Origin: an uncultured Verrucomicrobiae bacterium | Lineage (GTDB): Bacteria; Verrucomicrobiota; Verrucomicrobiia; Chthoniobacterales; JAFAMB01 | DNA length: 64,000 bases | Direction of reading: 5' to 3' | Assembly (NCBI GenBank): GCA_963782115.1 | Contig: CAWAIK010000003.1 | Coordinates: 96,001-160,000 of the forward strand | Part shown: positions 46,218-58,031 of the stretch, piece by piece | How the letters are laid out: every line of letters begins with the position of its first letter | Position numbering within the stretch: the first letter of the stretch is position 1 | Made by a program: the position numbers and the translations under genes | Notes under the pieces: generated by a model | What the model saw: the letters and a program-made list of their open reading frames with translations, nothing else | Database searches by the model: none | What the model was told of the DNA's origin: nothing

Positions 46218-47663
46218 ATGGACCTGTCCCTCTTTTTCTGCCTGGCGATGGTCGCGGATGCGGTCATTTTGAGGTTCATTCCGGTGCGCAGGCAAGTCGC
46301 ACGGTTCGTCTGCATGTCGATCTTCTTCGCAGTGCAGACCATTCTCATCGTTGCACTCATTGGTTCGCCGCTGCGTCCGGTCTATAGACCGCGAGACTTG
46401 CCGCGCGAGTTCTGGCTCCAAATTCTGGCTTGCTTTTGGTGGGCCTTGGCCGCACGCGAACTAATCAGTTTTCTTGCGTTGCCGAATGCAATCCGAAAAA
46501 CGGCAATAGAGAACAAACTTCTGTCCGATATCATCGCAGCCAGCATCTATGTCTGCTCCGCGCTGGCAATGATGGGGTTCGTTTTAGGATTGTCGTTACA
46601 GGGACTGCTCGCGACTTCCGGTATTATCGCGATCGTGCTTGGCCTGGCTCTCCAAAGCTCGCTGGGAGATGTTTTCTCCGGAATATCACTGAGCATTGAA
46701 AAGCCGTACCGCGTCGGAGACGAAATCCTTTTAGAGGGCGGAGCCGAAGGCGAGGTGATTGAAATGAATTGGCGTTCCACGCACCTCAGGAACAGTGCGA
46801 ACGATATCGTCATTGTTCCGAATAGCGTAATAGCAAAGCTGCGGATCCAAAATCACAGCGCCGCGACCAGGCGTTACAGTGGAAGTCTAACTGTGATCGT
46901 CGATTACCGAAACGAGCCGGAACTCACGCTCGAGATCCTGAAGCAGGCAGCAATGACGTGCCCTTCTATCCTGGAACACCCGGCGCCCTCCGCTGAAGCG
47001 ACTGAGTTCAATGGGGACCGAATCACTTACTCCGTTTATTTTAGTACCTCTTCGATTGCATCGGCGGGAGAGGCGCGATCGCAGTTCATCACTCAGCTCT
47101 ACAAACGAGCGTGCCCCGTTGTCGCTCAGGGGGCGTCCTCAGGGTCGACCATCTTTCTTTTCCCGGAGAACGAATTGTTGAACCACCTCCCTACTCTCGA
47201 ACCGTTGAGCGACGCAGAGAAAACCAAACTGACTGCGAAAATCATCAGGCGTCACTTTCACACCGGGGAACAGCTCTTAACGCAAGGTATGGAAGTTAAT
47301 TCGGCCCAGTTCGTCTTTTCGGGCATTGTTCAAGTCACGCGCCAGGTACAGGATGGACGGGTACTGAATGTAAGAAGGCTGGGGCCCGGTGATTCATTTG
47401 GTGAGATTTCCCTTCTGACTGGTATGCAAGCGCTTGGAACTTTCACGGCCCTCACCTCTGGGCTCCTGCTGGAAATACATTCGGAAGACCTGAAGCCGAT
47501 CCTCGAATCGCGCCCTGAATTGGTAGAATCGCTCAGTCATTCAGCTACCAGGGTACAGCACTTTGTCGCGATGTTCGACAAGGCCGCAATCCAGCCGGTC
47601 GTGATCGAACAGCGCGATCTTTTGTCGCGCATCAAGAGTTTCTTCCACCTGGAACTATCATGA
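46218..47663 (+). CDS. MscS mechanosensitive channel with cNMP-binding domain
   Basis: GLALQSSLGDVFSG, MNWRST and LGPGDSFGEISLLTG. Confidence 0.92.
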   Translation: MDLSLFFCLAMVADAVILRFIPVRRQVARFVCMSIFFAVQTILIVALIGSPLRPVYRPRDLPREFWLQILACFWWALAARELISFLALPNAIRKTAIENKLLSDIIAASIYVCSALAMMGFVLGLSLQGLLATSGIIAIVLGLALQSSLGDVFSGISLSIEKPYRVGDEILLEGGAEGEVIEMNWRSTHLRNSANDIVIVPNSVIAKLRIQNHSAATRRYSGSLTVIVDYRNEPELTLEILKQAAMTCPSILEHPAPSAEATEFNGDRITYSVYFSTSSIASAGEARSQFITQLYKRACPVVAQGASSGSTIFLFPENELLNHLPTLEPLSDAEKTKLTAKIIRRHFHTGEQLLTQGMEVNSAQFVFSGIVQVTRQVQDGRVLNVRRLGPGDSFGEISLLTGMQALGTFTALTSGLLLEIHSEDLKPILESRPELVESLSHSATRVQHFVAMFDKAAIQPVVIEQRDLLSRIKSFFHLELS

Positions 47664-48503
47664 CGAAAGCTGCCTGCTTTAGACTTCCTTTTGACGCAAA
47701 CGGAACGCCGCTATTACGCAGGTGAGAAGCGCGTTCACCGAGGATCGCTTGCACAGCGACTTGGATTTATTGCGGGGTTGCTGGCCATTTGCCCGATAGC
47801 GCGCAATGGCAATTGGGTTGGCCCTCGCCAGCCACAAAGTCCCTCCCGTAGCTTGAAATACTTGAAGTAACCAAGCAAGCGTGCTGGTCTTGTCGCTCCA
47901 TTTCGCCGAAGAGTCGATCACCATTTGACGGAATTTGCTTCCGCTAACGTCTTCAGCTACGTTCGTTCGAACCGCTCTCTCAGAAACAAGAAGCCCTCCG
48001 GAGTGGAGGACTAGTTGAGAAGTTCGGGCTTATTCCGTGGAGAGCTTTTTAAGAGGACGTCTGATGGAAATCGAGGTTGTTTCGTAGGCTCATGGATCGG
48101 CAAACTAAAATGAGACCTGGATCGCAAACGACTTCTTCCGATCAGACGGTAGCCTAAGAGAGTTGTCCTCAGCATTATACGAATGTCTCAGCGCTCGCAA
48201 ATCGAACGGCTGAAATTTGGCCGGCTTAGGAACAAACGTCTCATGCTGCGTGTACCCGTTACGTGTAGCGATCAGTGCGAATATTAGTGCCTCCATATTT
48301 CCTTTTATTTCTTTTTTGGTTGTGACGATACCAATCCTATCATTTCACACATTGGATCTCTACAAACCGAAAGAGCGGTTGTTAGCTATCCAAAGGAAGG
48401 ATGCCAACATGGCCTGGTGCATGTTCCGAGCAGGTCGTTGTAGCACCCTTCTTTCGAGTAGGCACGAACCGATCTTTCGGTTTGTAGAGATCCTCCTTAG
48501 CAA

Positions 48504-50461
48504 ATGGTATTGCGGCGAGAGCTGACGAAGGATCGACTAAGGGTGAAGACCGGCTTCGGCTTGTCATCGAAACAACTCCCGCGCTGGTCCACAGCGCTCT
48601 GCCTGACGGGTGCCTTGATTTCTTCAATCGACGTTGGCTGGAATATCTGGGACTCTCTTTGGAGGACGTGCAGGGCTGGGGTTGGACGGCTGCAATTCAT
48701 CCCGAAGACGTCGCAGGGATAGTGGACAAGTGGCGCACGGCCTTGGCAACTGGGGAACCTTTCGAGGCGGAGGCGCGCGTGCGGCGGGCTGATGGGGAAT
48801 ATCGCTGGTTCCTGCACCGCAAAGTGCCGCTTCACGACAATTTGGGAAACATCGTTAAATGGTACGGATCGAGTATCGATATCGAGGACCGAAAGCTGGC
48901 CGCACAGAGGGTCCGTCAAAACGAAAGGGAGCTTCAGCAGCTCATTGACCTGGTTCCTCAGCACATCTTCGTTGCGGCACCGGACGGCAGCCGTCTTTAT
49001 GCTAACCAGGTCGCACTCGAATACCTCGGCTGTGCTTTGCAAGATATTCAGGCAGCGCACTTCGCTGCGAGGGTCGTGCATGCGGACGATCTAGAGAGAG
49101 TAACGACCGAACGCCAAAGCGGAGTTTTACGCGGAGCGCCGTTTGAAATTGAAGCGCGAATACTCGGAAAGAACGGGCAGTATCGCTGGTTTCTGTTACG
49201 TTCCAACCCGCTGCGGGACGAACAGGGACGCATCATTCGGTGGTACGCTGCGGGTACCGATATCGAAGAGCGAAAGCATGTGGAGGAGAGAGTCCGAACA
49301 GAGAATCTCGCGCTGGCAAAAGCAAACGGAGCCCTTCGGGGATGTCTGGATGCGCTCGCCTCGGTCCCGGAACTGGATGACTTCCTTGGGCAAGTGATGG
49401 CTGCCATCACCCGGCAGATGGGCGCCGTCTCTTCCACGTTGCGAATTCCTAACCTCGAACAAAACACCTTGACTCTGGAGCTCGTCTTTCAAGGCGGCCG
49501 AGTAATGTCGCCTGCCGAAGCGAGCTATCCAGAATCCTCGCGGTCCGTGGCGCCGGACGAACCAGGGGTCGCCACTTTTCTGGATCAGCCAACGACTGTC
49601 ATCCATATTCTCGATCCGCTTTCATCAATTGCTGAAGCCCAGCGCTCCTATCTGCTTGGACTGGGTATAAAGACCTTATTGATCATTCCTTTGAGCTCGG
49701 GCGGTCAGGTCAACGGCCGGTTAGACTTCCGTTTTACTGAGGAGCGCACTTTTGACCCGGAAGAACTCGAAATCGCGAGAGCCTTAGCAACCCAAGCCAG
49801 CCTGGCAATTCAACTCACTCGATTAGCGAAAACCGCCAGGCAATCTGCCGTTCTGGAAGAGCGAAATCGGCTGGCTGGCGAGATTCATGATTCGCTGGCT
49901 CAAAGTTTTGCCGGGATCTCGATCCAATTAGAGCTTGCCCTAGAGGAAATGGCTGCAAAGGAAGGCTGCCTCCTCGGCTATATTCGGCGCGCTTATGAGA
50001 CAGCAAAGTTCGGCTTGGCCGAAGCGCGCCGATCCGTCCATAGTTTACAATCAAGTGTCCTTCGCGAATCAGGATTGGCCACCGTGCTGCAACGTTTGGT
50101 CGAACACTCGAATTTGGCGGGCCGGTTGCGTTGTGATTTTCGGTCCAACTCCATACCCGAAGAAAGATTGCCGGCCACGGTACAGCATCAGCTTTTACGC
50201 ATCGCTCAGGAAGCGATCAGCAACGCCGCCCGCCACGCCAAACCGACCGTCATTACCGTGACTCTTCGCTGGGATCCGCCTCATCTGATTCTTCAAGTCA
50301 AGGACAACGGATCCGGAATACCTAAAGCTCGCCTGGAGCAAAGTGAAGGTGTCGGCCTGGATAGTATGCGAGAAAGAGCGGCGCAGATCGACGCAAAACT
50401 GGAAATCCAGACTGCAGCCGGCCAGGGGACAAGTATTATTGTGACCGTGCCAATCTCATAA
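48504..50461 (+). CDS. PAS-PAS-GAF-HisKA_3 sensor histidine kinase (start uncertain or frameshifted)
   Basis: Two PAS/PAC repeats, H-box and HATPase. PAS homology extends upstream of 48659 to RLRLVIETTPALV. Confidence 0.85.
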
Positions 50462-50707
50462 ATGACCTCCAAATCGTCACGCACACCAGAAGGACGGAAA
50501 TATTGACTCGGGTTGATTTGAACCTGCGTTCGCATTGAACAAGAAGAGAGCGCCTCGAGGCTGGACGGGGGAAAAGTCGTTTCTCCCGTAATGATCCTTC
50601 GCACGGGAGTCTTGATGGGAATAAGCAACGCCGAGAGCAACAAATGCAGCAACAAGAGACCAGGCAATCCTAAGTGGCTCAAATCAAAAGGCTTACAGAA
50701 TGAGATC

Positions 50708-50755
50708 AGCGCCCTTTTAAGGCGTTGGTTGTGGGTTCGAGCCCCACCCAACCCA
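50708..50755 (+). tRNA. 3' fragment of tRNA-Lys(UUU), probable att site
   Basis: Anticodon arm GCGCC-CTTTTAA-GGCGT, T-arm GTGGG-TTCGAGC-CCCAC and acceptor 3' strand. No D-arm or 5' acceptor strand. Confidence 0.8.
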
Positions 50756-50949
50756 AATATTTTATTCGAACTCGAAGTCCGCGGAGCCGCCATGGAAGCA
50801 CTCGGCAGGCGGTGGAGCATAATCCAATGAGCAATTTTATACCGTTGTCTGTTGCTATTTGTTGCTCTTTTTCTGGGTCACTTTGGCCGATTTGACCTTT
50901 CTGACCGCTGTTTGGTGTACTTCTCCGTACTTCATGACCCTTTTGGCCA

Positions 50950-51272
50950 GTTCAAGGAGCCGTCATCGCCGGAAAGGACGACGTCAAGAAGCAGTTGCCG
51001 CTTGACCAGGCGCGGAAGTTCAGCGTGTTCGAGCGGGAGAAGATCACGCTGTCAATCGGCGACCGGGTCCGATTCACGAAAAACGCCAAACACCGCGGGC
51101 ACAAGTTCCTCAACAACGAGCTGCGGACCGTGGTCGGCATTGACGAGGGCAACATCATATTCGTTAAGGGCGAGATTGTTCGCAATGGCGCCGCTCTTCA
51201 TCTCGACCAGGGAATAGTTGTTACCAGTCACGCCAGCCAGGCCAAGACTGTCGACCAGGTCATTGTCAGCGT
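50950..51272 (+). pseudogene. MobF/TrwC relaxase-helicase C-terminal fragment
   Basis: IGDRVRFTKN and HLDQGIVVTSHASQAKTVDQV. Confidence 0.75.
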
Positions 51273-51530
51273 GACGGATGCTGCAATCAACAGTCGCGAT
51301 GTGGCTGCCATCGCCAGGCTCTGCGCGCAGGACGCGGTTTGGGTGACGTATCACGGACGGAAAATATCACGGTCGGCGGGCCATCGAACATGAGTATGAC
51401 AAACTCTACTTCAAGGCTTGGAACAAACACAAGGATGCCACCACGGTCGAGCGGGTAACTGCCGTCGGGAAATTGCGCTTATTCAAAGTAAGGGTGATTT
51501 CCACCCGACAGTGGGCGCTATTGGTGGGTT
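51273..51530 (+). pseudogene. SnoaL/NTF2-like fragment
   Basis: DAAINSRDVAAIARLCAQDAVWVT. Confidence 0.45.
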
Positions 51531-51645
51531 CCATAAAAAACAAATTGGACTGACTCCAATTTCACTCCTTGTTCCAAAGGCTCTTCCCCGACTTTGAAAT
51601 GACGCCTTATTACCTTCGCTCCCAATTGGGCTTTCTCTTCTGCGC

Positions 51646-52460
51646 TCAAGGGTTCCAGCACGGATATACGATCGAAAAACTCCTCTTCCCAGAAAAAATA
51701 AATGGGACGTGCACGAGAAAAACGGCGGCCAGGGCGTCCCGTTTGTAAAGCTGGCTAATAATTTGCGACCGCGCCTCTCCGGCCGACGCGATCGAAGAAG
51801 TACTAAATGAAATTTCGTAACTGACTCGATCACTTTTGAAGCCGATTGCGGCGACGGACGGGACCGGCTCTTCCAGTATAACTGGACATGTCATCGCAGA
51901 TTGCTTCAGGAGCTCAGCCGCAAATTCCGGCTCATTCCGACCAGCGACAATCACACTTCCATTGTAGCGCCTGCTTAAGGCACTGTGGTTTATAATCCGC
52001 ATTTTTGCCATTGAGCCATGCGGAACAATCACGACATCGTTCTGATTATTTCTGAGGTGCGTTGAACGCCAGTTTATTTGAATCACCTCACCTTCGACTC
52101 CGCCCTCTACAAGGATCGCATCTTCGACGTCGTAAGGGTTCTCAACGCTCAACGACAACCCGGAAAAAACATCTCCAAGGGTATCCTGGAGAGCAAGGCC
52201 GAGCACAATCGCAAGGACACCGGAAGTCGCGACGATTCCTTGAAGCGGCAAGCCAAAAACGAACCCCATCATTGCCAACCCGGAGCAGACGTAGATGCAA
52301 GCGGCGATGATATCGGACAAAATTTTGTTCTCTGTCGCCGTCTTTCGTAGCGTAGCTGGGAATGCAAGAATACCGATCAACTCGCGTGCAGCCAAGGCCC
52401 ACCAGCAGCAAGCAAGTACTTGCAGCCAGAACTCCCGAGGCAAATCTTTAGCTGCAGCAG
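51646..52460 (-). pseudogene. Second MscS paralogue, truncated and deleted
   Basis: KDLPREFWLQVLACCWW to QLYKR aligns with the gene at 46218. The N-terminus and cNMP domain are missing. Confidence 0.85.
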
Positions 52461-52564
52461 ATACCCGACGGATACCTGAAAGCGTCGAAGCCGATATGCG
52501 GCCGACTTGCACACGTGAGCGAAGGAGGTTGGATGATGCAGTCCGCTTCTAGCTAGTCTGCGAA

Positions 52565-53867
52565 TCATGTTCCGGTTAAATGTCCGCGTTTCTCAACTAC
52601 GGAATCAGAATAGGCTTGGCTTTGATCCTCGACGCGGCAATGTCTCGATAAAGCTGGGGCCCTTCTTCCAGTGAAAATGTTTCCACCCGCGGCACCTAGC
52701 TGCCTGAGAATCGTATACACCACGTGCTTAGGCAGCCTGTCTGGATCGGATTCTTGAGCAAGCAGGTCCAGCGTGTGAGCTAAAGCCTCCAGTTGCCCAC
52801 GGGCTAGGTGTTCCGCTTTTTTACGCCCCTCGATCTCTAGCTGCAAAGCTCGGTTGATCTGGGCGAGCGCCGCGGTTCGCTCCGCGATGCGTTGTTCAAG
52901 TTCGAGGTTGAGGCGAATTGACGCTTCTTCCGCACGTTTGCGCTCGGTAATATCCATGAACGTCCCGATGAAACGAATCGCTCTTCCCTCGGAATCGAAA
53001 AACGCCTGGCCTCTGGCAGTGACCCAATGTTCCGAACCGTCACCTGGGTGGATGGTTCGGTATTCAGCGCGATATTCCCCTCCGTTCATCCCTTCGAGAG
53101 CTTGCATAACCAATTGGTTTACTCGCTGTCTATCCTCCTGATGCACACACTTTATTATAGAAACATGTCGTGCGTGACCTCTGCATCGAGCGGCAGGCCA
53201 AAGATCTCTTTCAGTCGGTTGACCAATCCCCGGAATTCGTTACGTCCGTCGAGTTCCAGACCCACAGACCGATTCTGCCCGTTTCAATAGCGAGCCTGAG
53301 ACGCTGCTCACTGTCGAGGAGGGATTGGTTAACCTGTCGCAAATGAGTCGCCTGCTCAGAAAGTTCGACGTTGAGCCGACGTAGTTCCTCTTCAATTGAT
53401 TGTCGCTCATTGAGATCGCGCAGCCGTTCTTCAAGCTGTTTTTGTTCCGTTAGGTCGCGACACGAGGCGACGAGGAGATCGCCCCCCGGACATCCAAATC
53501 GCGCTAGTCGCAAATCCATGATCCCGTTTTCACCCGTTCCTCGTCGATAAGCGCGTTGCACTGTAACCGCAGTCCCTCGCTTGGTGCTGCGAATCAGCTC
53601 GAGCATATCCTCGCCGAACACGTTTGTCACGAAACCGCAAGGCCGCGTCCCGAGCGGCTCGTCGCTTGAATGCCCCAGCATCGAGCAGGCAGCGGGATTA
53701 GCGTCGATGATTCGTCCATCAGGCTCAATGACAAAGATGGCGTCCGTAAGATGAGCGAAGATCAATTCCAAAAACTCGCCACGGCTCCCAGACCCGCCAA
53801 CTTCCCTTTGTAGATTCCTTCCGTCTTTTGATTGGCAGGAATCATGGGCTTTCAGGTCACTGTCCAT
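52565..53867 (-). pseudogene. Multi-PAS sensor kinase, frameshifted and truncated
   Basis: DAIFVIEPDGRIIDANPAAC, SEQRLRLAIETGRIGLW and FIGTFMDITERKRAEE. Confidence 0.8.
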
Positions 53868-54031
53868 ACGCCAGTGGCACCACGGTCATTGAAGTTTTCA
53901 TCAATGTCTAACCGTCATTGCGAACTCTACCGGTTTTTCTCGATCGAAGATCAAGGCGCGCATTACTTTCATATTGGGACATTCCAGAGTTTCTTACCGG
54001 CGGTAAAACTGTTCACAGTTTGGGAGGCTAA

Positions 54032-54420
54032 CTAAGCGCTTTGGCCTCCAGAGAGGTAATCATCTGGTGGAGATACATCCGCGTCGTTGTCAATTGTTGC
54101 CTCAACTAATGCCGGTCGGTCAGCGATTCGCCAGGCTGCCTCAAGAACAGGACGCACTTCCTCTGGACGTGCAAAGCAAAACCGGCACCTCGGCACGCTT
54201 CGGCAAAACGGCGCAGTCAATCGGCTGGGAGCTCGGTTTCGAACGGTGGAATTCCTAATGCCTGATCCTCACTGATGATTCGTGAGTAGTGATTGTTCTT
54301 TAACGCAACCACCTTAATCGGAAGTTTGTATTTCGCCGCTGTGGCAAACTCGCCCATCAACATAGTGAAGCCGCCGTCACCCACAAAGGCGACGCACTGC
54401 CGATCTGGATAAGCGAAACT
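54032..54420 (-). pseudogene. TPP-dependent pyruvate oxidase-like C-terminal fragment
   Basis: AYPDRQCVAFVGDGGFTMLMGEF...KNN and RPALVEATID. Confidence 0.8.
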
Positions 54421-54547
54421 GCGCCGCAATGACAAAAGGGAGTCCGCACGCCATGGTGCAGAGATTTCCGCCGACGGCTAGTGCTAGTTTTCTGTGCAAC
54501 ATTTTGCGGGACAAAGGCCAGCCCCCGAGAGTATGCTCCCTCACGCG

Positions 54548-55075
54548 ATGCGTAAAATCGTATCAAAGCAAGGATGGAACTGCGCAATGGCGATAATCCT
54601 GTGGGCGGGCGGCCTTCAGCTCGGTTTGTACGCCCAGCAGGTGGCCAAGCTGAGTCCTAAGGTGATGGCGCTAGTGAACGCGCCGCCGATGGACTTAAAA
54701 GACGATGACGCTCCCCTACTTCGGCTGAAGAAGGAGCGATTCAATGCGGCGTTGAACGAAGCAAAGGCTCGCTTCGACCTTTACAATCGCGGTTTGACGC
54801 GCATACCCGAACTGATCGCGGTGGGAGAAAGGCTGTTTGGGGCAGAAGTAGACCTCTACGACAAACCGGAAGAGAAAGCCCAAGTTCTGCAGCGACAATT
54901 GGACGTCTATAATGAGGCCGAAGCAAATCTCGAGATGCAGGTGAGGCGGGGACTGGCGACGCAAGCTGATCTCGAGCGATTGCGCTACAACAAACTGTCG
55001 GTTGAGATCGATCTTTTTAACAATAAAAACGTCGACGATAAGCACGGATCCGCAGCGCAACCCACCCCAAAGTGA
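54548..55075 (+). CDS. Hypothetical secreted helical protein
   Basis: Signal-like N-terminus and coiled-coil composition. Confidence 0.6.
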   Translation: MRKIVSKQGWNCAMAIILWAGGLQLGLYAQQVAKLSPKVMALVNAPPMDLKDDDAPLLRLKKERFNAALNEAKARFDLYNRGLTRIPELIAVGERLFGAEVDLYDKPEEKAQVLQRQLDVYNEAEANLEMQVRRGLATQADLERLRYNKLSVEIDLFNNKNVDDKHGSAAQPTPK

Positions 55076-55231
55076 GCGCCTTTAAGAGCAGGTGAACCGC
55101 CGAAGAAAGTATCAAGGCGAGGATTGAGCCACGCAGTGGCCACAATCCTGTGACTCGATCGAACATGAAGCGAGTCATCTTAGTTACCCCCGCCGCTGTT
55201 CTGTTCACAAGCTGCGCCCAACTGGCAACCA

Positions 55232-55560
55232 TTAGTTAGGAAGATAGTCGTACCCTGCCGCCTTATTTTGTAAAGCAGCCCAGATATACTGGCGGTGAAC
55301 CGGATCAAGGCCGGCGGTCGGTTCGTCAAGAAACAACACCAAAGGTTCCTGAATCAACGCACAAGAGACCGACAATAGTTGCCTGAAGCCATCCGACAAT
55401 CTACCGGCTTTCGTGTCCCGGTTCGCGGCCAGATCCAATTCCGAAAGAAGCTCCTCAATTCGTGCTTTTGACCGGTCTCTCGGAATGCGGTATGCGCAAC
55501 CAAAAAAAGAAGGTTCTCCAGCATCGTCAGATCGGCATATAGGCTGAATCGCTACGGCAC
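55232..55560 (-). pseudogene. ABC transporter ATP-binding fragment
   Basis: LSDGFRQLL and FLDEPTAGLDPVHRQ. Confidence 0.75.
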
Positions 55561-55770
55561 GTAACCGAATAGCGGTCGCAGCCGATACCGGTCGCTCCAG
55601 ATGTCCGGCCCACGAATCGTTCCGTGTCCGCGCGTCGAACGCGTCAAACCGCAAAGCATCCGAATGGTAATGGTTTTCCATCGGACAATGCAGATTGGAA
55701 AATCGGTTGTGGTGATATGGTCTGGGCGTCGCTGGTATCCACTCCATCGGCGTTGATCATCTTTGGCTGA

Positions 55771-57246
55771 TCAGAAGAGGCTGTCCGGCGGATGCGATTT
55801 CAACTCGCTCAACAACTCTTCCAGGGGCACGATCGCGAAGCTCGTGCACTGGTCGTTCATCGCGTAAGGCAGAATCAGCCGGCCGGCGTGAACCAGCGCT
55901 CCGCAGCTATATACGACGTTCGGCACGTAACCATCACGCTCCTCCGGAATTGGCTCGAGCAATGGCTCAGGTAGCCTGCCAATGACACGGCCGGGATCAT
56001 TGAGGTCCAACAGGACGGCACCGATTGCGTAACGCCGTATCGACCCAACGCCGTGCGTGAGTACCAGCCAGCCGGCGTCGGTCTCGATCGGCGAGCCGCA
56101 ATTGCCTAGCTGCACAAACTCCCAAGGAAAAGTCGGCCGCAGCAGCAGTTGCTTATCATACCAGAAGTGCAACATGTCCGAATACATCAGGTAAAGGTTC
56201 TCGTTATCCTGTCGCGAGAGCATCGCATAGTGGCCGCGCACCTTTCGCGGGAAGAGCGCCATCCCCTTGTTTTGCACTTCCGGCCCGTTGAGCGTGCTAA
56301 TTTTGAAGCGCGCGAAATCCTCCGTTTCAAGCAACTGGGGCAATGGGACTTGCCCGTCGAAGGCGGTGTAGGTGGCGTAGTATGTCGATCGACCCGCTTC
56401 GTCATGAAACCTCACAAAACGAGCGTCTTCGATCCCGCGGGCCTCTGCGGGTGCAAAAGGAAAGATCACGCGTTCTGAGTACCGCTCCGATGGCTCAAAG
56501 CTGATCTGGTAGTTCGCCCGCGCCACCGCTAGTAAATTCTCAGCAGTGCGTCGTACGCTGCCATCGAGCAGCCGAATAGCCCGCGATCCCTCATCAGCGA
56601 CCGCACTGAGCTGCTCGAAAGTAAATTGCTCGCCGAGCTGATCCATCAGGTGCTGCGCATCCGGGGACAGCACGCCGAGTTCGCGGAGCTTTCGCTCAAA
56701 GAGCGGCTTTTCGTAACTCGGATTCGGGTGCACCTCTGCCGCGGTGATGAAACGGGTCGGCGGATTGATCGAGATTTGACCGTTCTCATCGACCACTCCC
56801 GTGCGGAACACGATCGATGACACATGCCCCTCACCGGTCGCACGTAGACTCAGCACAAATCGCAACGTGCCCGACGAAAGTCCCGATTGATCCGGATGCG
56901 GTACGATCGAGGGGTTGAAAAGCGCCGCTGCCTCGAGCGAATATTCAAGTGTAAAGTAAGCGCCGATCAGCAGCTTCTGCCAATCGTTGAGCGGTCGATC
57001 AGTGATGAGGTGGTCACGCACCTCCTCGAATCGCCTGAGAAGGAAGCCCTCAAGCTTGACGTGCCGCTCTATGAAGTGGTCGAGCATGATCCTGGCCTCT
57101 TGCTCCGCTTCACTGCGCTCCAACGCCGTAATTCGCGCGACGATCCGCGTAATGCGCTCCTGGCTCATTAAATCAAATGGCCGGAAGAAAACACGCGAGG
57201 GATCGGGTCGGAGAACGATATTGGTCCGGGACGCACGGATAGACAT
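55771..57246 (-). CDS. Glycoside hydrolase family 130 protein
   Basis: AALFNPSIVPHPDQ, GIEDARFV, QLGNCGSP and GYVPNVVYSCG. Confidence 0.9.
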   Translation of the reverse strand: MSIRASRTNIVLRPDPSRVFFRPFDLMSQERITRIVARITALERSEAEQEARIMLDHFIERHVKLEGFLLRRFEEVRDHLITDRPLNDWQKLLIGAYFTLEYSLEAAALFNPSIVPHPDQSGLSSGTLRFVLSLRATGEGHVSSIVFRTGVVDENGQISINPPTRFITAAEVHPNPSYEKPLFERKLRELGVLSPDAQHLMDQLGEQFTFEQLSAVADEGSRAIRLLDGSVRRTAENLLAVARANYQISFEPSERYSERVIFPFAPAEARGIEDARFVRFHDEAGRSTYYATYTAFDGQVPLPQLLETEDFARFKISTLNGPEVQNKGMALFPRKVRGHYAMLSRQDNENLYLMYSDMLHFWYDKQLLLRPTFPWEFVQLGNCGSPIETDAGWLVLTHGVGSIRRYAIGAVLLDLNDPGRVIGRLPEPLLEPIPEERDGYVPNVVYSCGALVHAGRLILPYAMNDQCTSFAIVPLEELLSELKSHPPDSLF

Positions 57247-57310
57247 AGCTGCAAAACTCAGCGAAAAATACACTCTGGCGGTTGTTTTCAAACAGCTATC
57301 TCATCGAAGG

Positions 57311-57944
57311 ATGAACCCCGAAGCCAGAACTCCCAGCAAGTTACCTTTTAGCACTTCTCCGCGATCTGCGATTTCATCCTGGATCCTCACAGGCATTGCC
57401 CTGTTTCTGGTGCTTAAGCTGCATTTACTCTCTGCTTTAATGGCCGGTCTTCTGATCTACGAGCTCCTTCGTCTCCTGACTCCTCTGGTGGAAAAACGGC
57501 TGACCAGCAAAGGCGCTCGTCTGGTTGCTTTGGCCACGCTATCGGTCCTCACAATCACTCTTCTGATTTTGCTGACCATCGGAATATTTGCTTTCTTCAA
57601 GAGTGATACAGGAAATCGACAGGCGCTGGTTGATAAAACAAACCATATCCTCACGGACGCGCGCACCAAGCTGCCGCTCTGGATTGTTTACCCTCATCTG
57701 CATCGTGGGCCTCTCGGTTTCCATCTACGTTGCGATCGCAGCCCTGATCTTTTTGGTGGTGATTCACAAGCTGGAATATTTTCTCAACGCAGAAATAATC
57801 GGCGCGCGAATTCGATCCCGCGCATGGGAACTCTTGCTCGCTATGATTCTCCTGGAAGCGGCCTTCGGTACAGCCGGGCTCATTGCTGCGCCACTCTACT
57901 ACGCCTACATCAAGAACGAGTTTTCGGATGCAGGTCTGATTTAA
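57311..57944 (+). pseudogene. AI-2E family transporter with an internal deletion
   Basis: N-terminal TM segments joined near 57685, out of frame, to VIHKLEYFLNAEIIG...AAPLYYAY. Confidence 0.75.
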
Positions 57945-58031
57945 AACCTGATATACCATTTTAAGCATCTTATGATAAACGATTTACATAAATTGCACGG
58001 CCTATTTTTCGTGAACAATGGCAGCGCTGCC

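Noticed and set aside
47679..48300. Possible degraded minus-strand gene
   Set aside because: Only short, interrupted ORFs with no motif I could recognise.
50708..50755. Functional tRNA-Lys
   Set aside because: It lacks the 5' acceptor strand and D-arm.
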